This document shows positions 9,241 through 18,534 of a stretch of 64,000 nt of DNA, in pieces. The stretch is taken from the NCBI GenBank assembly GCA_030603885.1, contig JAUVWW010000004.1, positions 2,236-66,235 of the forward strand. The letters are read 5' to 3'. Both the position numbers and the translations under genes were made by a program. Every line of letters begins with the position of its first letter. Positions within the stretch are counted from its first letter, which is position 1. Under the pieces are notes generated by a model, which saw nothing but the letters and a program-made list of their open reading frames with translations, had not been told where the DNA came from and made no database searches. This stretch comes from a bacterium. Its GTDB lineage: Bacteria > Patescibacteriota > JABMPQ01 > JAUVWW01.

Positions 9241-9261
9241 AATTTCCTCCATCATTTTTTT

Positions 9262-9524
9262 GGATGGCTTACCTAATCTTTAGATAACCCATCACAATTG
9301 ATTGATTTCAAAGAGCAGTTCCTAACAACGAAGATAATGTAAACGAGAAGGTGTAGAGTTTTAAAGGGCAAATGCAATTGCTATTTTATCCCCAAACTCT
9401 ATATTATAGCTAGTCTTAACAAAAACAGACTAGGGAAAGTCCACTAGTCTATTCTTTACTAGCTTTAGACTCTCTCCCCATTTACATTATTTTCATAATT
9501 AGCTTTGAAAGTACTCTCTATAGT
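9262..9524 (-). ncRNA. Candidate structured RNA / long 5' leader of the HD gene
   Basis: Long closing stem enclosing two hairpins, plus a 14-bp hairpin before the RBS; G-U pairs favour the minus strand; downstream of a consensus promoter. Confidence 0.6.
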
Positions 9525-9530
9525 TACTAA

Positions 9531-9559
9531 ACAATAGCACAAATAAAAAATTTTGTCAA
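9531..9559 (-). promoter_or_regulatory. Sigma70-type promoter for the structured RNA and HD gene
   Basis: Minus strand TTGACA-17 bp-TATTGT with extended TG. Confidence 0.6.
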
Positions 9560-9603
9560 TCCCTTTTAGCTGTATTTTGCAGTTTTTAAATCTCTCTATT
9601 AGA

Positions 9604-9730
9604 TTTTGGGCTTATTTAAGCCAAAATAGAATTAAATTAGTTAGAACTTTTTGGCTTAAATAAAGGAAAAATTTAGTACTTTTTTAGAATAGATTGGCTT
9701 GGGTAAAGGAAAATTTTGAGTTTTTTTAGA
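9604..9730. repeat. GGCTTA-N2-TAAGCC palindrome and imperfect direct repeats
   Basis: Palindrome at 9609-9622; half copy TTTTGGCTTAAATAA at 9649; TTGGCTT..TAAAGGAAAATTT..TTTTTTAGAA occurs twice. Confidence 0.55.
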
Positions 9731-9794
9731 AATTGCCATCCATTAATTTTGGTTGTGCTATGGATAATGAGAAGAGTAGAATTAAAAAATTAAG

Positions 9795-9824
9795 AAAAAA
9801 GAGGGAGTGGTAGATTCCCTCTTT
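9795..9824 (-). terminator. Intrinsic terminator for the 9837-10502 gene
   Basis: AAAGAGGGA/TCCCTCTTT stem with a T-run on the minus strand. Confidence 0.7.
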
Positions 9825-9836
9825 AGAACTGGTTTT

Positions 9837-10502
9837 TTATTTGGGTAGACTGGCATCAATCATTTGGATAACGAAGTCAACTACTTGAGATTTTTTTCTT
9901 ATCTCCTCCGGAAATCTTTTACTGAGTAATTTCCGGACTTTTTCCATAGTTTTTGATGTCATCCCATCCAGAATTTTTTCTATTTCTTCTGGCTTATCGG
10001 GATCACTGGCCAGGATCTTTCTTAACAATTCAGTCATCGTCTCAGTTTTCTTTGGCTTCTTTTTTAACTTCTTTTTTTTCGCTGACTTTTCTTCGATTTC
10101 AACCTCAATTATTGCTTTTATCAGTTCATCATCATTAGGATCTGTCAACACTGTTCCTTCAGAAATCTCTTTTGCAAACAACCCCGATATAAGTTCTTTA
10201 CTCCAGCCCACTGATACATAGATCAGTTTTTCTTTGTCAACCATTTGGCCATATTTTTTCGCCTCATCAGTAGAACCTCCCATCTCTAATACTACCACGG
10301 TTGGTTTCAATTTTTTCATGGCTTTAGTAAGCTTGGCCTCGTTCACCCCAAAGAGTTTTTTGACCTTAAACCCTAATTTTTTAAGCCTCTCTTCGATTTC
10401 GTCGATTTCGGGAATCTCTTCCTCTTCCTCTCCCTCTTCTTTATGCCAGACCAATTCCTTTTCCTCTTCTTTAAACAGGACAAAAAGAACTGTTTTTTCC
10501 AT
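9837..10502 (-). CDS. Hypothetical protein; possible pseudo-receiver domain plus C-terminal helix-extended-helix motif
   Basis: AAGGAGG RBS before MEKTVL (10502), own TTGACT-17-TATGCT promoter and terminator. Fold assignment is tentative. Confidence 0.6.
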   Translation of the reverse strand: MEKTVLFVLFKEEEKELVWHKEEGEEEEEIPEIDEIEERLKKLGFKVKKLFGVNEAKLTKAMKKLKPTVVVLEMGGSTDEAKKYGQMVDKEKLIYVSVGWSKELISGLFAKEISEGTVLTDPNDDELIKAIIEVEIEEKSAKKKKLKKKPKKTETMTELLRKILASDPDKPEEIEKILDGMTSKTMEKVRKLLSKRFPEEIRKKSQVVDFVIQMIDASLPK

Positions 10503-10627
10503 TTTTACCTCCTTAAATAAATTTTCACGTTTCATAAAAGCATAATATATCTAGTTAAAAAAGTCAAGTATTTTATGGTTTTTAAGAAATTATGGTATTA
10601 TGTCTTTAGTAAAAGGCTTATAATAAG

Positions 10628-11485
10628 ATGAACTTTAAACTTAACAAAAAAATCTCTCAAGTTATTCTGGCCATTTTAGCTGTCTTAGCCATTCTTTCCT
10701 GGACAGCTGTTTTTGCTTCAGGTGATAATGAATTACATATCTATTTCTACGATGTTGGTCAAGGAGATGCTATTTATATTAGAACTCCGGCTGGACAAGA
10801 TATTCTTATTGATGGGGGACCAGATTCAACTATTTTAGCTAAATTAGGTCAGGATATGCCTTTTTATGATCGGAAAATTGAACTTGTTATTAATACTCAT
10901 CCTCATGCTGATCATATCACTGGACTGATTGAGGTTTTAAAAAGATATGAAGTGGATCAGATTTTATCTACTGGGGTAGAGCATAGCACAGCCACTTTTG
11001 GAAAATGGAAAGATACCATTCAAGAGAAAAATATTCTCGTCAAAATAGCTCAAGTAGGTCAGAAAATTAAACTAGGCCAGGCTAGTATGTATGTGCTTTA
11101 TCCTAGGGATAGACTGGCTGGCAAAGAAGTAAAAGATTTAAATAATACCTCTGTTGTCTCTCGGTTAATTTATGGCAGAAATTCTGCCTTATTTACTGGT
11201 GATGTAGAGATTGAAGTAGAGCAAGACTTGCTGAGTAGCTTAGTACATTTAAAATCAGACATTCTCAAAGTAGGACATCAGGGATCAAAGACTTCCACTT
11301 CAAAGACATTTTTAGAAGTAGTAGATCCTGGATATGCTATAATATCAGTAGGGGAGAATAAATATGGCCATCCCTCAGAAGAAATTTTGGAAAGGCTAAA
11401 AAATACAAAACTTTTTAGAACGGATTTGGATGGTGATGTGGAATGTGTATTAGATGGGAGAGGAATAAGTTGTCAAGGAAACTAA
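10628..11485 (+). CDS. ComEC-type metallo-beta-lactamase-fold nuclease (separated C-terminal domain)
   Basis: DVGQGDA, LIDGG, THPHADHITG, NNTSVV, LFTGD, LKVGHQGSKTS, NKYGHP; N-terminal membrane anchor. Confidence 0.92.
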   Translation: MNFKLNKKISQVILAILAVLAILSWTAVFASGDNELHIYFYDVGQGDAIYIRTPAGQDILIDGGPDSTILAKLGQDMPFYDRKIELVINTHPHADHITGLIEVLKRYEVDQILSTGVEHSTATFGKWKDTIQEKNILVKIAQVGQKIKLGQASMYVLYPRDRLAGKEVKDLNNTSVVSRLIYGRNSALFTGDVEIEVEQDLLSSLVHLKSDILKVGHQGSKTSTSKTFLEVVDPGYAIISVGENKYGHPSEEILERLKNTKLFRTDLDGDVECVLDGRGISCQGN

Positions 11486-11501
11486 TACGAGACTATTCAA
11501 T

Positions 11502-12635
11502 ATGAATAAGAAAAAAATTTTAATCCTACCTATTTCTGTTGGAGCAGGACATTTTAGAGTAGCCCAGGCTCTAAAAAATGCTTTTTTAAAAAAATCTAGA
11601 TTTGAGGTACAGATTGAAGATGCCCTAGATCATGTTGCTTGGCCTTTGAGATTTTTGTATAAGAATGTTTACTCTTTTTTTATTAATCATCCTCCTCTCG
11701 ATCGTCTTTACGGCTATGCCTATAGAAGAGGTAGGGAAGTTACTGCTTATACTAGGGCTTGGCATTGGTTAGTGATATCCTGTTTTTTACTTTTAAGTCG
11801 TGGATTAGAAAAGTTTATTTTAGAATACAGGCCCGATTTAATTGTTTGTGTTCATCCCTTTCTTTTAGAGCTTATATCTTGTTGGAAAAAGAAAGGCAAA
11901 ATAAAAAGTCCTTTGGTTACTATTACCACTGACCTTATGCCTCACAGACTTTGGATATTTTCCATTGTTGATCAGTATTATGTAGGCACAAAAGAGATAG
12001 AAGAAGTCTTTTTAGAAAATGGCATCTTGCAAGATAAAATTAAAGTAACAGGGCTTCCCCTAGATCCTAAATTTTATAAAGAGTTAGATAAAGATAAAAT
12101 TGCAGACAAACTTGATTTATCTCAAGACAAGAAAACTGTTTTGATTTTGTGCCGAAGGCTGGGATTTAAAAATTTAAGAAAGGTACTTTTTGGTCTTGGA
12201 GATTTAAATATCCAGGCAATCATTGTTACAGAGAGGGATAAAAAATTACAAAGGAACCTTGAAAGAGAAAAGAAGAAATTTCCTTTTCCTATTATTATCT
12301 TTGAATATACAAAGATAATGGCTGAGCTTGAGACTGTGGCTGATATCTTAATTTCAAAGCCAGGTGGTATTATTCTTACTGAGACTTTTTGTAAGAGATT
12401 GCCCACAATAGTAATTAATCCTATTCCTGGACAAGAAGAAGATAATCTTAAGTTTCTGCTAACGAAAGAAGCAGCTCTTTATGCGAGAAATTCTCAAGAG
12501 ATTATTACACATACCAGAAAGCTTTTAACTTCCAAAGAAATAAGATCTAAGATTCAAGCAAACCTAGAAAAACTAGCAAAACCTAATGCTTCAGATGTGA
12601 TTGTAAAAGATATTATTGATAAATTTTTAAAATAA
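11502..12635 (+). CDS. MGDG synthase/UgtP-like glycosyltransferase (GT28-like)
   Basis: SVGAGH..AQAL, PD..VCVHP, TITTD, ADILISKPGG..TE, PIPGQEEDN. Confidence 0.85.
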   Translation: MNKKKILILPISVGAGHFRVAQALKNAFLKKSRFEVQIEDALDHVAWPLRFLYKNVYSFFINHPPLDRLYGYAYRRGREVTAYTRAWHWLVISCFLLLSRGLEKFILEYRPDLIVCVHPFLLELISCWKKKGKIKSPLVTITTDLMPHRLWIFSIVDQYYVGTKEIEEVFLENGILQDKIKVTGLPLDPKFYKELDKDKIADKLDLSQDKKTVLILCRRLGFKNLRKVLFGLGDLNIQAIIVTERDKKLQRNLEREKKKFPFPIIIFEYTKIMAELETVADILISKPGGIILTETFCKRLPTIVINPIPGQEEDNLKFLLTKEAALYARNSQEIITHTRKLLTSKEIRSKIQANLEKLAKPNASDVIVKDIIDKFLK

Positions 12636-12677
12636 TGCTATTATGTTATCAAACTAAGTTGTTAAATCGTTAAATCC

Positions 12678-13268
12678 ATGGTTCATGCAAAAGAAGAAAA
12701 AACAATAGTCTTAGTTAAACCAGATGGGGTCAAAAGAGGTTTAACTGGGGAAATAGTTAGACGTATTGAACAAAGAGGCTTAAAAATTATTGCCTTAGAT
12801 ATGATCTGGGCTACAGAGAAACAGATGGATGCTCATTATCCTAAAGATGAGGCTTGGATAAAGAGGTTGGGGGAGAAAACAATGAACACCTATAAAAAGT
12901 ATGGCATTGATCCTAAAAAAGAGTTGGGTACCTCGGACAAGTTGAAAATTGGGAAAATGGTTAGGTCTTGGGTAGTTGATTATATGATCTCCGGCCCGAT
13001 TGTCAAAATGGTAGTCAAAGGTATTCATGCCATTGATATGTGCCGAAAGATAGCCGGCAATACCTTACCTTATCTAGCAGATATGGGTACAGTAAGAGGA
13101 GATTTTTCTGTTGATTCACCAGCTGCAGCAAATAAAGATAAAAGATCAGTACATAATGTTATGCACGCTTCAGAAAATAAAGAAGAAGCAGAACACGAAC
13201 TTAAAGAGTGGTTTGCTCCAGAAGAGATTCATGATTATAAAAAAGCTGAAGAGGATATTATGTTCTAA
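12678..13268 (+). CDS. ndk: Nucleoside diphosphate kinase
   Basis: VKPDGVKRGL, GTVRGDF, NVMHASE catalytic His. Confidence 0.95.
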   Translation: MVHAKEEKTIVLVKPDGVKRGLTGEIVRRIEQRGLKIIALDMIWATEKQMDAHYPKDEAWIKRLGEKTMNTYKKYGIDPKKELGTSDKLKIGKMVRSWVVDYMISGPIVKMVVKGIHAIDMCRKIAGNTLPYLADMGTVRGDFSVDSPAAANKDKRSVHNVMHASENKEEAEHELKEWFAPEEIHDYKKAEEDIMF

Positions 13269-13272
13269 GAAT

Positions 13273-13347
13273 CGGGGCGTAGCTTAGTTGGCTTAAAGCA
13301 CAGGGCTGGGGGTCCTGGGATCGCTGGTTCGAATCCAGTCGCCCCGA
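13273..13347 (+). tRNA. tRNA-Pro(GGG)
   Basis: Acceptor stem CGGGGCG/CGCCCCG; anticodon arm CAGGG-CTGGGGG-TCCTG; T-arm GCTGG-TTCGAAT-CCAGT; CCA not encoded. Confidence 0.95.
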
Positions 13348-13349
13348 TA

Positions 13350-13380
13350 TAAAAATCGCCAAAGTTCCTGGCGTTTTTAT
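13350..13380. terminator. Bidirectional terminator between tRNA-Pro and rpmB
   Basis: AAAAATCGCCA/TGGCGTTTTT stem flanked by A and T runs. Confidence 0.6.
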
Positions 13381-13405
13381 AATTACTGAATTACCAAGTT
13401 CTAAT

Positions 13406-13579
13406 TTACTTCTTCTTATACACCTTCTTCAAACATTTCATACAAACTCTCTTTTTCTTTCCTTTTATTTTTATAGTCCTTAAATTCAAAAGCTGCCTTG
13501 TCCTTATTGCTTTGTGGGCATGGGTTCGTTTGATAATGGTTTTTGGTCCTCGACCACAGATATCACATTTTCTTGCCAT
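13406..13579 (-). CDS. rpmB: 50S ribosomal protein L28 (57 aa, absent from the ORF track)
   Basis: Manual translation MARKCDICGRGPKTIIKRTHAHKAIRTRQLLNLRTIKIKGKKKRVCMKCLKKVYKKK*. Confidence 0.92.
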   Translation of the reverse strand: MARKCDICGRGPKTIIKRTHAHKAIRTRQLLNLRTIKIKGKKKRVCMKCLKKVYKKK

Positions 13580-13638
13580 ATTGTTAAATTAATATAAATA
13601 GTGTATATTAAAGATAGCACTATTTTTTATTTATTGCA

Positions 13639-14283
13639 ATGATTATTACCTTACTTTTTCAACAACCTGTCTTATTTTTTGCTTGGGTGGCGGCTATAAT
13701 TATAGCTATTACTATTCATGAATTTTCCCATGCTGCTTGTGCTTATGCTTTGGGAGATCCTACGGCCAAGTACCAAGGAAGACTAACCTTAAATCCCTTG
13801 TCTCATCTTGATCCTTGGGGAACTTTACTTTTACTTTTTGTGGGGATTGGTTGGGGGAAGCCAGTTCCTTTTAATCCTTATAATTTAAAAAACCAAAGAT
13901 ATGGATCAGCACTTGTGGCTTTAGCTGGTCCCGGGTCTAACCTAGGTCTAGTAGTAATCTTTAGTTTGATTTTAAGATTTATATATCCTCTAACTGGCCT
14001 TGGAACAGAAAATGCTCTCTACACTTTTCTTTCTCTTCTTGTTCTTCTAAATGCCATGCTCATGATTTTCAATCTTATTCCCATTCCTCCCTTAGATGGC
14101 TCCAAGCTTTTGATGGCTATTTTGCCTCCTAGTCTAGATAATGTAAAGATATTTTTGCAAAGATATGGCTTTTTTATTCTTATTCTCCTTATCTTTTTAG
14201 GACGAGGTCTTTTGATGGGACTTTTTGGCCTAGTTATTTATGTGATCCAGGCTGTATTTGGAATACAATTACCTTTCTTCTAG
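13639..14283 (+). CDS. Site-2 protease (peptidase M50)
   Basis: HEFSH, GDPTA, NPLSHLDP, NLIPIPPLDG. Confidence 0.93.
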   Translation: MIITLLFQQPVLFFAWVAAIIIAITIHEFSHAACAYALGDPTAKYQGRLTLNPLSHLDPWGTLLLLFVGIGWGKPVPFNPYNLKNQRYGSALVALAGPGSNLGLVVIFSLILRFIYPLTGLGTENALYTFLSLLVLLNAMLMIFNLIPIPPLDGSKLLMAILPPSLDNVKIFLQRYGFFILILLIFLGRGLLMGLFGLVIYVIQAVFGIQLPFF

Positions 14284-14355
14284 GTAGTAGTCCACCATAT
14301 TCTGATCAATGGTCGACATTTCTTATTTAATTAACAATTAATAATCAATAAAAAT

Positions 14356-15108
14356 ATGTTAGTAGATTTACTTTTTAGTTGGGTAGGGATAATTGTTGTG
14401 GCTTTAATTATTCTATCTCAGGCAGTAAGGATTACTAGAGAATATGAGAGAGGAGTGATTTTTCGTTTGGGAAGATTTGCTGGGATTAGGGGTCCAGGGT
14501 TATTTCTAATCATTCCTATTATTGATAAGATGGTCAAAATTGATCTCAGAGTGATTACCCTGGATGTGCCGGCTCAAGAGGTGATTACCAAAGATAACAT
14601 CCCTATAAAAGTTGATGCTGTTTTGTATTTTAAGATTTCTGATCCTCAAAAAGCAATCATTGAAGTGGAGAATTATATGATGGCTACTTCCCAAAATTCA
14701 CAGACCTCTTTGCGAGGAGTGGTTGGTGCTTCAAGTTTAGATGAACTCTTGGCTGAACGAGAAAAGATTAATCAGAAACTCCATGAAATCATTGATCGAG
14801 CTACTGATCCTTGGGGGATAAAAGTAACGGCCGTTGAGGTAAAACACGTAGAAATTCCCAAAACAATGCAAAGGGCTATTGCCAAGCAGGCGGAAGCTGA
14901 AAGAGTAAAAAGAGCTAAAATTATTTTGGCTGAAGGTGAGTATCTAGCTGCCCAAAAATTAAAAGAGGCCGGTGATATTCTAAATGCTGATCCAATTACC
15001 CTGAGATATCTTGAAACTTTGTCCGAGGCCGCCAAAGAACCCAATACCACAATTTTGTTTCCAGTTGAATTACTGGGAATGTTGAAAAAAATTAGAGGAG
15101 ACAAATAA
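14356..15108 (+). CDS. SPFH/slipin (stomatin-like) protein
   Basis: [27 protein letters not shown]. Confidence 0.93.
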   Translation: MLVDLLFSWVGIIVVALIILSQAVRITREYERGVIFRLGRFAGIRGPGLFLIIPIIDKMVKIDLRVITLDVPAQEVITKDNIPIKVDAVLYFKISDPQKAIIEVENYMMATSQNSQTSLRGVVGASSLDELLAEREKINQKLHEIIDRATDPWGIKVTAVEVKHVEIPKTMQRAIAKQAEAERVKRAKIILAEGEYLAAQKLKEAGDILNADPITLRYLETLSEAAKEPNTTILFPVELLGMLKKIRGDK

Positions 15109-15166
15109 ATCTGTTAGGAAATTTTCTAACGAGGCAAAAAGGCAAGAACTCATTTGCTTCTAAAAT

Positions 15167-15194
15167 TTGACATATATAATAAATCTGCTATTAT
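15167..15194 (+). promoter_or_regulatory. Promoter for rpsL-rpsG-fusA
   Basis: TTGACA-16 bp-TATTAT with extended TG. Confidence 0.55.
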
Positions 15195-15254
15195 AGCACG
15201 AGAGAGTGGCAATATTGCTATTCTTTTATTTTAGTCTTATAATGGAGAAAAGAT

Positions 15255-15803
15255 ATGGTTACAATAAGACAATTAGTCCGCAAAGGACGAAAAAAATTTA
15301 AGAAAAAGTCTAAATCCCCAGCTTTATGGAGAGCTTTTAATGTTATTCAGGCAAGAACAAAAGAATATCCAAGTCCCTTTAAGAGAGGAGTCTGTATTAA
15401 AGTCACTACTACCACACCCAAAAAGCCAAATTCAGCCTTGCGTAAAATTGCCAAGGTAAGACTCTCTTCTGGCATGGAAGTTACAGCTTATATTCCCGGA
15501 GAAGGTCATAATTTACAGGAACACTCCATAGTCTTAATTCGAGGCGGAAGAGTAAAAGATCTTCCTGGAGTTAAGTATCATGTAGTCAGAGGAGTGCTGG
15601 ATACAGGAGGAGTGGTGGGAAGAAAGAAACAGCGTTCAAAATATGGAGCTAAAACAGAAGGTGCAGCTAAGAAAGAAGCTGCAGCAAAGGCAGAAGCTGC
15701 TCCAGAAGCAAAGGCCGGAGAAAAGCCTAAAGAAGAAACAGCTAAGGAGACCCCAACCAAGGAAGCTCCAGCTAAAGAAGCGCCTAAAGAAAAAAAGAAA
15801 TAG
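15255..15803 (+). CDS. rpsL: 30S ribosomal protein S12 with C-terminal A/K/E/P extension
   Basis: [21 protein letters not shown]. Confidence 0.98.
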   Translation: MVTIRQLVRKGRKKFKKKSKSPALWRAFNVIQARTKEYPSPFKRGVCIKVTTTTPKKPNSALRKIAKVRLSSGMEVTAYIPGEGHNLQEHSIVLIRGGRVKDLPGVKYHVVRGVLDTGGVVGRKKQRSKYGAKTEGAAKKEAAAKAEAAPEAKAGEKPKEETAKETPTKEAPAKEAPKEKKK

Positions 15804-15847
15804 GCTGATTTAGCATTTCTACATTTTACACTCTAAATTTTACTTAA

Positions 15848-16318
15848 ATGACTAGAAAAAAACGAAAATTTAAGAAAAGAATCGAGCCAGATCCAAGATA
15901 CAGCAATGTTCTTGTGGCTAGATTTATTAATCAGATAATGAAGCGAGGAAAGAAAACTACGGCTCAAAGGGTAGTTTATGGCGCCTTTGATTTTATTAAA
16001 GAGAAGACTAAAAAGAATCCAATAGAGGTTTTTGATAAAGCTATAAAGAATGTTGGTCCACTTCTAGAAGTTAGAGGTAGAAGAATTGGAGGAGCTTCCT
16101 ATCAGATTCCTTATGAAGTGAGAGGAGAAAGACGCAATACTTTAGCTTTTAGATGGATTATCCAAGCAACTAAGGCTAGAAAAGGAAAACCCATGGCTCA
16201 AAAGCTAGCTTCAGAACTTCTAGATGCTTATCGAGGCGAAGGAGTAGCTGTTAAAAAGAAAGAAGATACTCATAGAATGGCAGAAGCTAATAAGGCATTT
16301 GCCCATTTTGCCATATAA
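15848..16318 (+). CDS. rpsG: 30S ribosomal protein S7
   Basis: [23 protein letters not shown]. Confidence 0.98.
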   Translation: MTRKKRKFKKRIEPDPRYSNVLVARFINQIMKRGKKTTAQRVVYGAFDFIKEKTKKNPIEVFDKAIKNVGPLLEVRGRRIGGASYQIPYEVRGERRNTLAFRWIIQATKARKGKPMAQKLASELLDAYRGEGVAVKKKEDTHRMAEANKAFAHFAI

Positions 16319-16361
16319 GAACCTGCTTTCTGAGAACCTTGATTCTTGCTTCGCTCGAATT
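16315..16361. repeat. AGAACC hairpin element, copy 2
   Basis: ATAAGAACCT..GAGAACCTTGATTCTTGCTTCGCTCGAAT, overlapping the rpsG stop codon. Confidence 0.85.
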
Positions 16362-16366
16362 AAACT

Positions 16367-18469
16367 ATGCCTAGAGAATATCCTATTAAAAAAGTGAGAA
16401 ACATTGGTATCATCGCTCACATTGACGCCGGTAAAACCACAGTCACTGAGCGTATTTTGTATTACACGGGAAAGACTTACAAAATTGGTGAGGTTCACAA
16501 AGGAGAGGCAGTCATGGATTGGATGGCCCAAGAAAAAGAAAGGGGTATTACTATTACCTCGGCAGCTACTACTTGTTTCTGGCCACCAGAAAAAAAAGAG
16601 AAAATTCATAGGATTAATATTATTGATACCCCGGGCCATATTGATTTTACAGCCGAAGTCCAAAGGTCATTACGTGTTCTAGACGGAGGAATAGTGGTTT
16701 TTGATGGAGTAGCTGGAGTTGAGCCTCAATCAGAGACAGTTTGGCATCAGGCAGATAAATTTAAAGTGCCCAGGCTTTGTTTTATTAACAAAATGGATAG
16801 AATTGGAGCTGATTTTTACAAAAGCTTTGATTCTATTCATAAGAGATTGACTCCCAATGCTCAAGCAGTACAACTTCCTATTGGCGCTGAAGATAAATTT
16901 GAAGGCGTCATTGATCTTATTAAACAAAAAGCTATTTATTTTGAAGGTGAAAAAGGAGAAAAAGTAGTAGAAAAAGATATTCCAGAAAATATGGAAGAAG
17001 AGACAAAAAAATGGAGAGAGAAGATGATCGAGGCTATTGTCGAACACGATGAGAAATTAATGGAGAAATATTTAGAAGGAAAAGAGGTAACAGAAGAAGA
17101 ACTAAAACAAACCTTAAGGAAAGCTGTCCTAGTATATAAATTAGTCCCTGTTTTTTGTGGATCAGCTTTGAAAAATAAAGGTGTACAGCCTTTGTTAGAT
17201 GCCGTGATAGATTATTTACCTTCTCCAGTTGATGTGTCTGCTGTGGAAGGAATAGAACCTACCAAAGAAGAAAAAACAATCACAAGAGAAGCCAAAGATG
17301 ATGCTCCATTTTCTGCTCTAGCTTTTAAAGTAGCTACTGATCCATTTGTGGGAAAACTAGTTTACTTTAGAGTTTATTCTGGAACTCTCAAAGCTGGTTC
17401 CTATATTCTTAATGCCACTACCAAAGATAAAGAAAGAGTAGGAAGGATCCTGCGTATGCATGCTGACAAAAGAGAAGAAGTAAAAGAGGTTTACGCTGGG
17501 GGTATTGAAGCTATTGTTGGTTTAAAAGAAACTACCACTGGTGATACTTTGTGTGATCCAGATCATCCAGTTATTTTGGAAAAAATTGTTTTTCCTGAAC
17601 CAGTAATTTCTCAGGCTATTGAGCCAAAAACAAAAGCAGATCAAGAAAAACTGGGTCTTGCTTTAAGAAAGCTAGCTGAGGAGGATCCTACTTTTAAAAT
17701 AAAAGCGGATGAAGAAACTGGACAAACCATTATCTCCGGCATGGGAGAGCTACATCTAAATATTCTGGTTGATAGAATGAAGCGAGAGTTTAAAGTTGAT
17801 GCCGGTGTTGGTAAGCCCCAGGTAGCTTACAAAGAAACTATTTTAGAAGAAGCCACAGCCGAAGGGAAATACATTAGACAGACAGGAGGTCGAGGACAAT
17901 ATGGCCATGTCTGGCTTAGAGTAGAGCCTCTTGAAAGAGGCAAAGGTTTTGAATTTGTCAATGAGATTAAAGGAGGAGTAATACCTCAAGAATTTATTCC
18001 TGCTGTAGGAAAAGGAGTAAAAGAGGCTATGGAAAATGGAGTATTGGCTGGCTATCCTTTTGTTGACTGTAAAGTGACTTTGTATGATGGGTCTTTCCAT
18101 GAGGTAGACTCATCTGAGGCAGCCTTTAAAATCGCGGGTTCAACTGCTTTTCAAGCGGCAGCCAAAAGAGGAAAGGCTATACTCCTTGAGCCAATTATGA
18201 AACTGGAAGTGATTGTTCCTGAGGAATTTATGGGAGATGTGATGGGGGATCTAAATGCCAAAAGAGCTCAAATTGAAGAGATGACTGATAGATTAAATAT
18301 GAAAGTCATTGATTGTAAAGTTCCTTTGGCAGAAATGTTTGGCTATGCTACCTCTTTGCGATCCATGACCCAAGGTCGAGGTACTTTTACTATGGAATTT
18401 GATCATTATGCTCAAGTACCAAAAAATGTGGCAGAGGAGATAATTGGGGGTGGGGAAAAGAGTGGATAA
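16367..18469 (+). CDS. fusA: Elongation factor G
   Basis: [33 protein letters not shown]. Confidence 0.99.
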   Translation: MPREYPIKKVRNIGIIAHIDAGKTTVTERILYYTGKTYKIGEVHKGEAVMDWMAQEKERGITITSAATTCFWPPEKKEKIHRINIIDTPGHIDFTAEVQRSLRVLDGGIVVFDGVAGVEPQSETVWHQADKFKVPRLCFINKMDRIGADFYKSFDSIHKRLTPNAQAVQLPIGAEDKFEGVIDLIKQKAIYFEGEKGEKVVEKDIPENMEEETKKWREKMIEAIVEHDEKLMEKYLEGKEVTEEELKQTLRKAVLVYKLVPVFCGSALKNKGVQPLLDAVIDYLPSPVDVSAVEGIEPTKEEKTITREAKDDAPFSALAFKVATDPFVGKLVYFRVYSGTLKAGSYILNATTKDKERVGRILRMHADKREEVKEVYAGGIEAIVGLKETTTGDTLCDPDHPVILEKIVFPEPVISQAIEPKTKADQEKLGLALRKLAEEDPTFKIKADEETGQTIISGMGELHLNILVDRMKREFKVDAGVGKPQVAYKETILEEATAEGKYIRQTGGRGQYGHVWLRVEPLERGKGFEFVNEIKGGVIPQEFIPAVGKGVKEAMENGVLAGYPFVDCKVTLYDGSFHEVDSSEAAFKIAGSTAFQAAAKRGKAILLEPIMKLEVIVPEEFMGDVMGDLNAKRAQIEEMTDRLNMKVIDCKVPLAEMFGYATSLRSMTQGRGTFTMEFDHYAQVPKNVAEEIIGGGEKSG

Positions 18470-18534
18470 CTTAATTGACAGGAAATTTTGATCTAGTAAG
18501 ATATAAAATAGAAATTAACAATTAACCAAAAAAC

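Noticed and set aside
9262-9524. 6S RNA, SRP RNA or tmRNA identity for the structured RNA
   Set aside because: It has a three-way junction rather than the 6S rod with a central bubble, no SRP domain-IV motif and no tRNA-like ends. Not formally excluded without Infernal.
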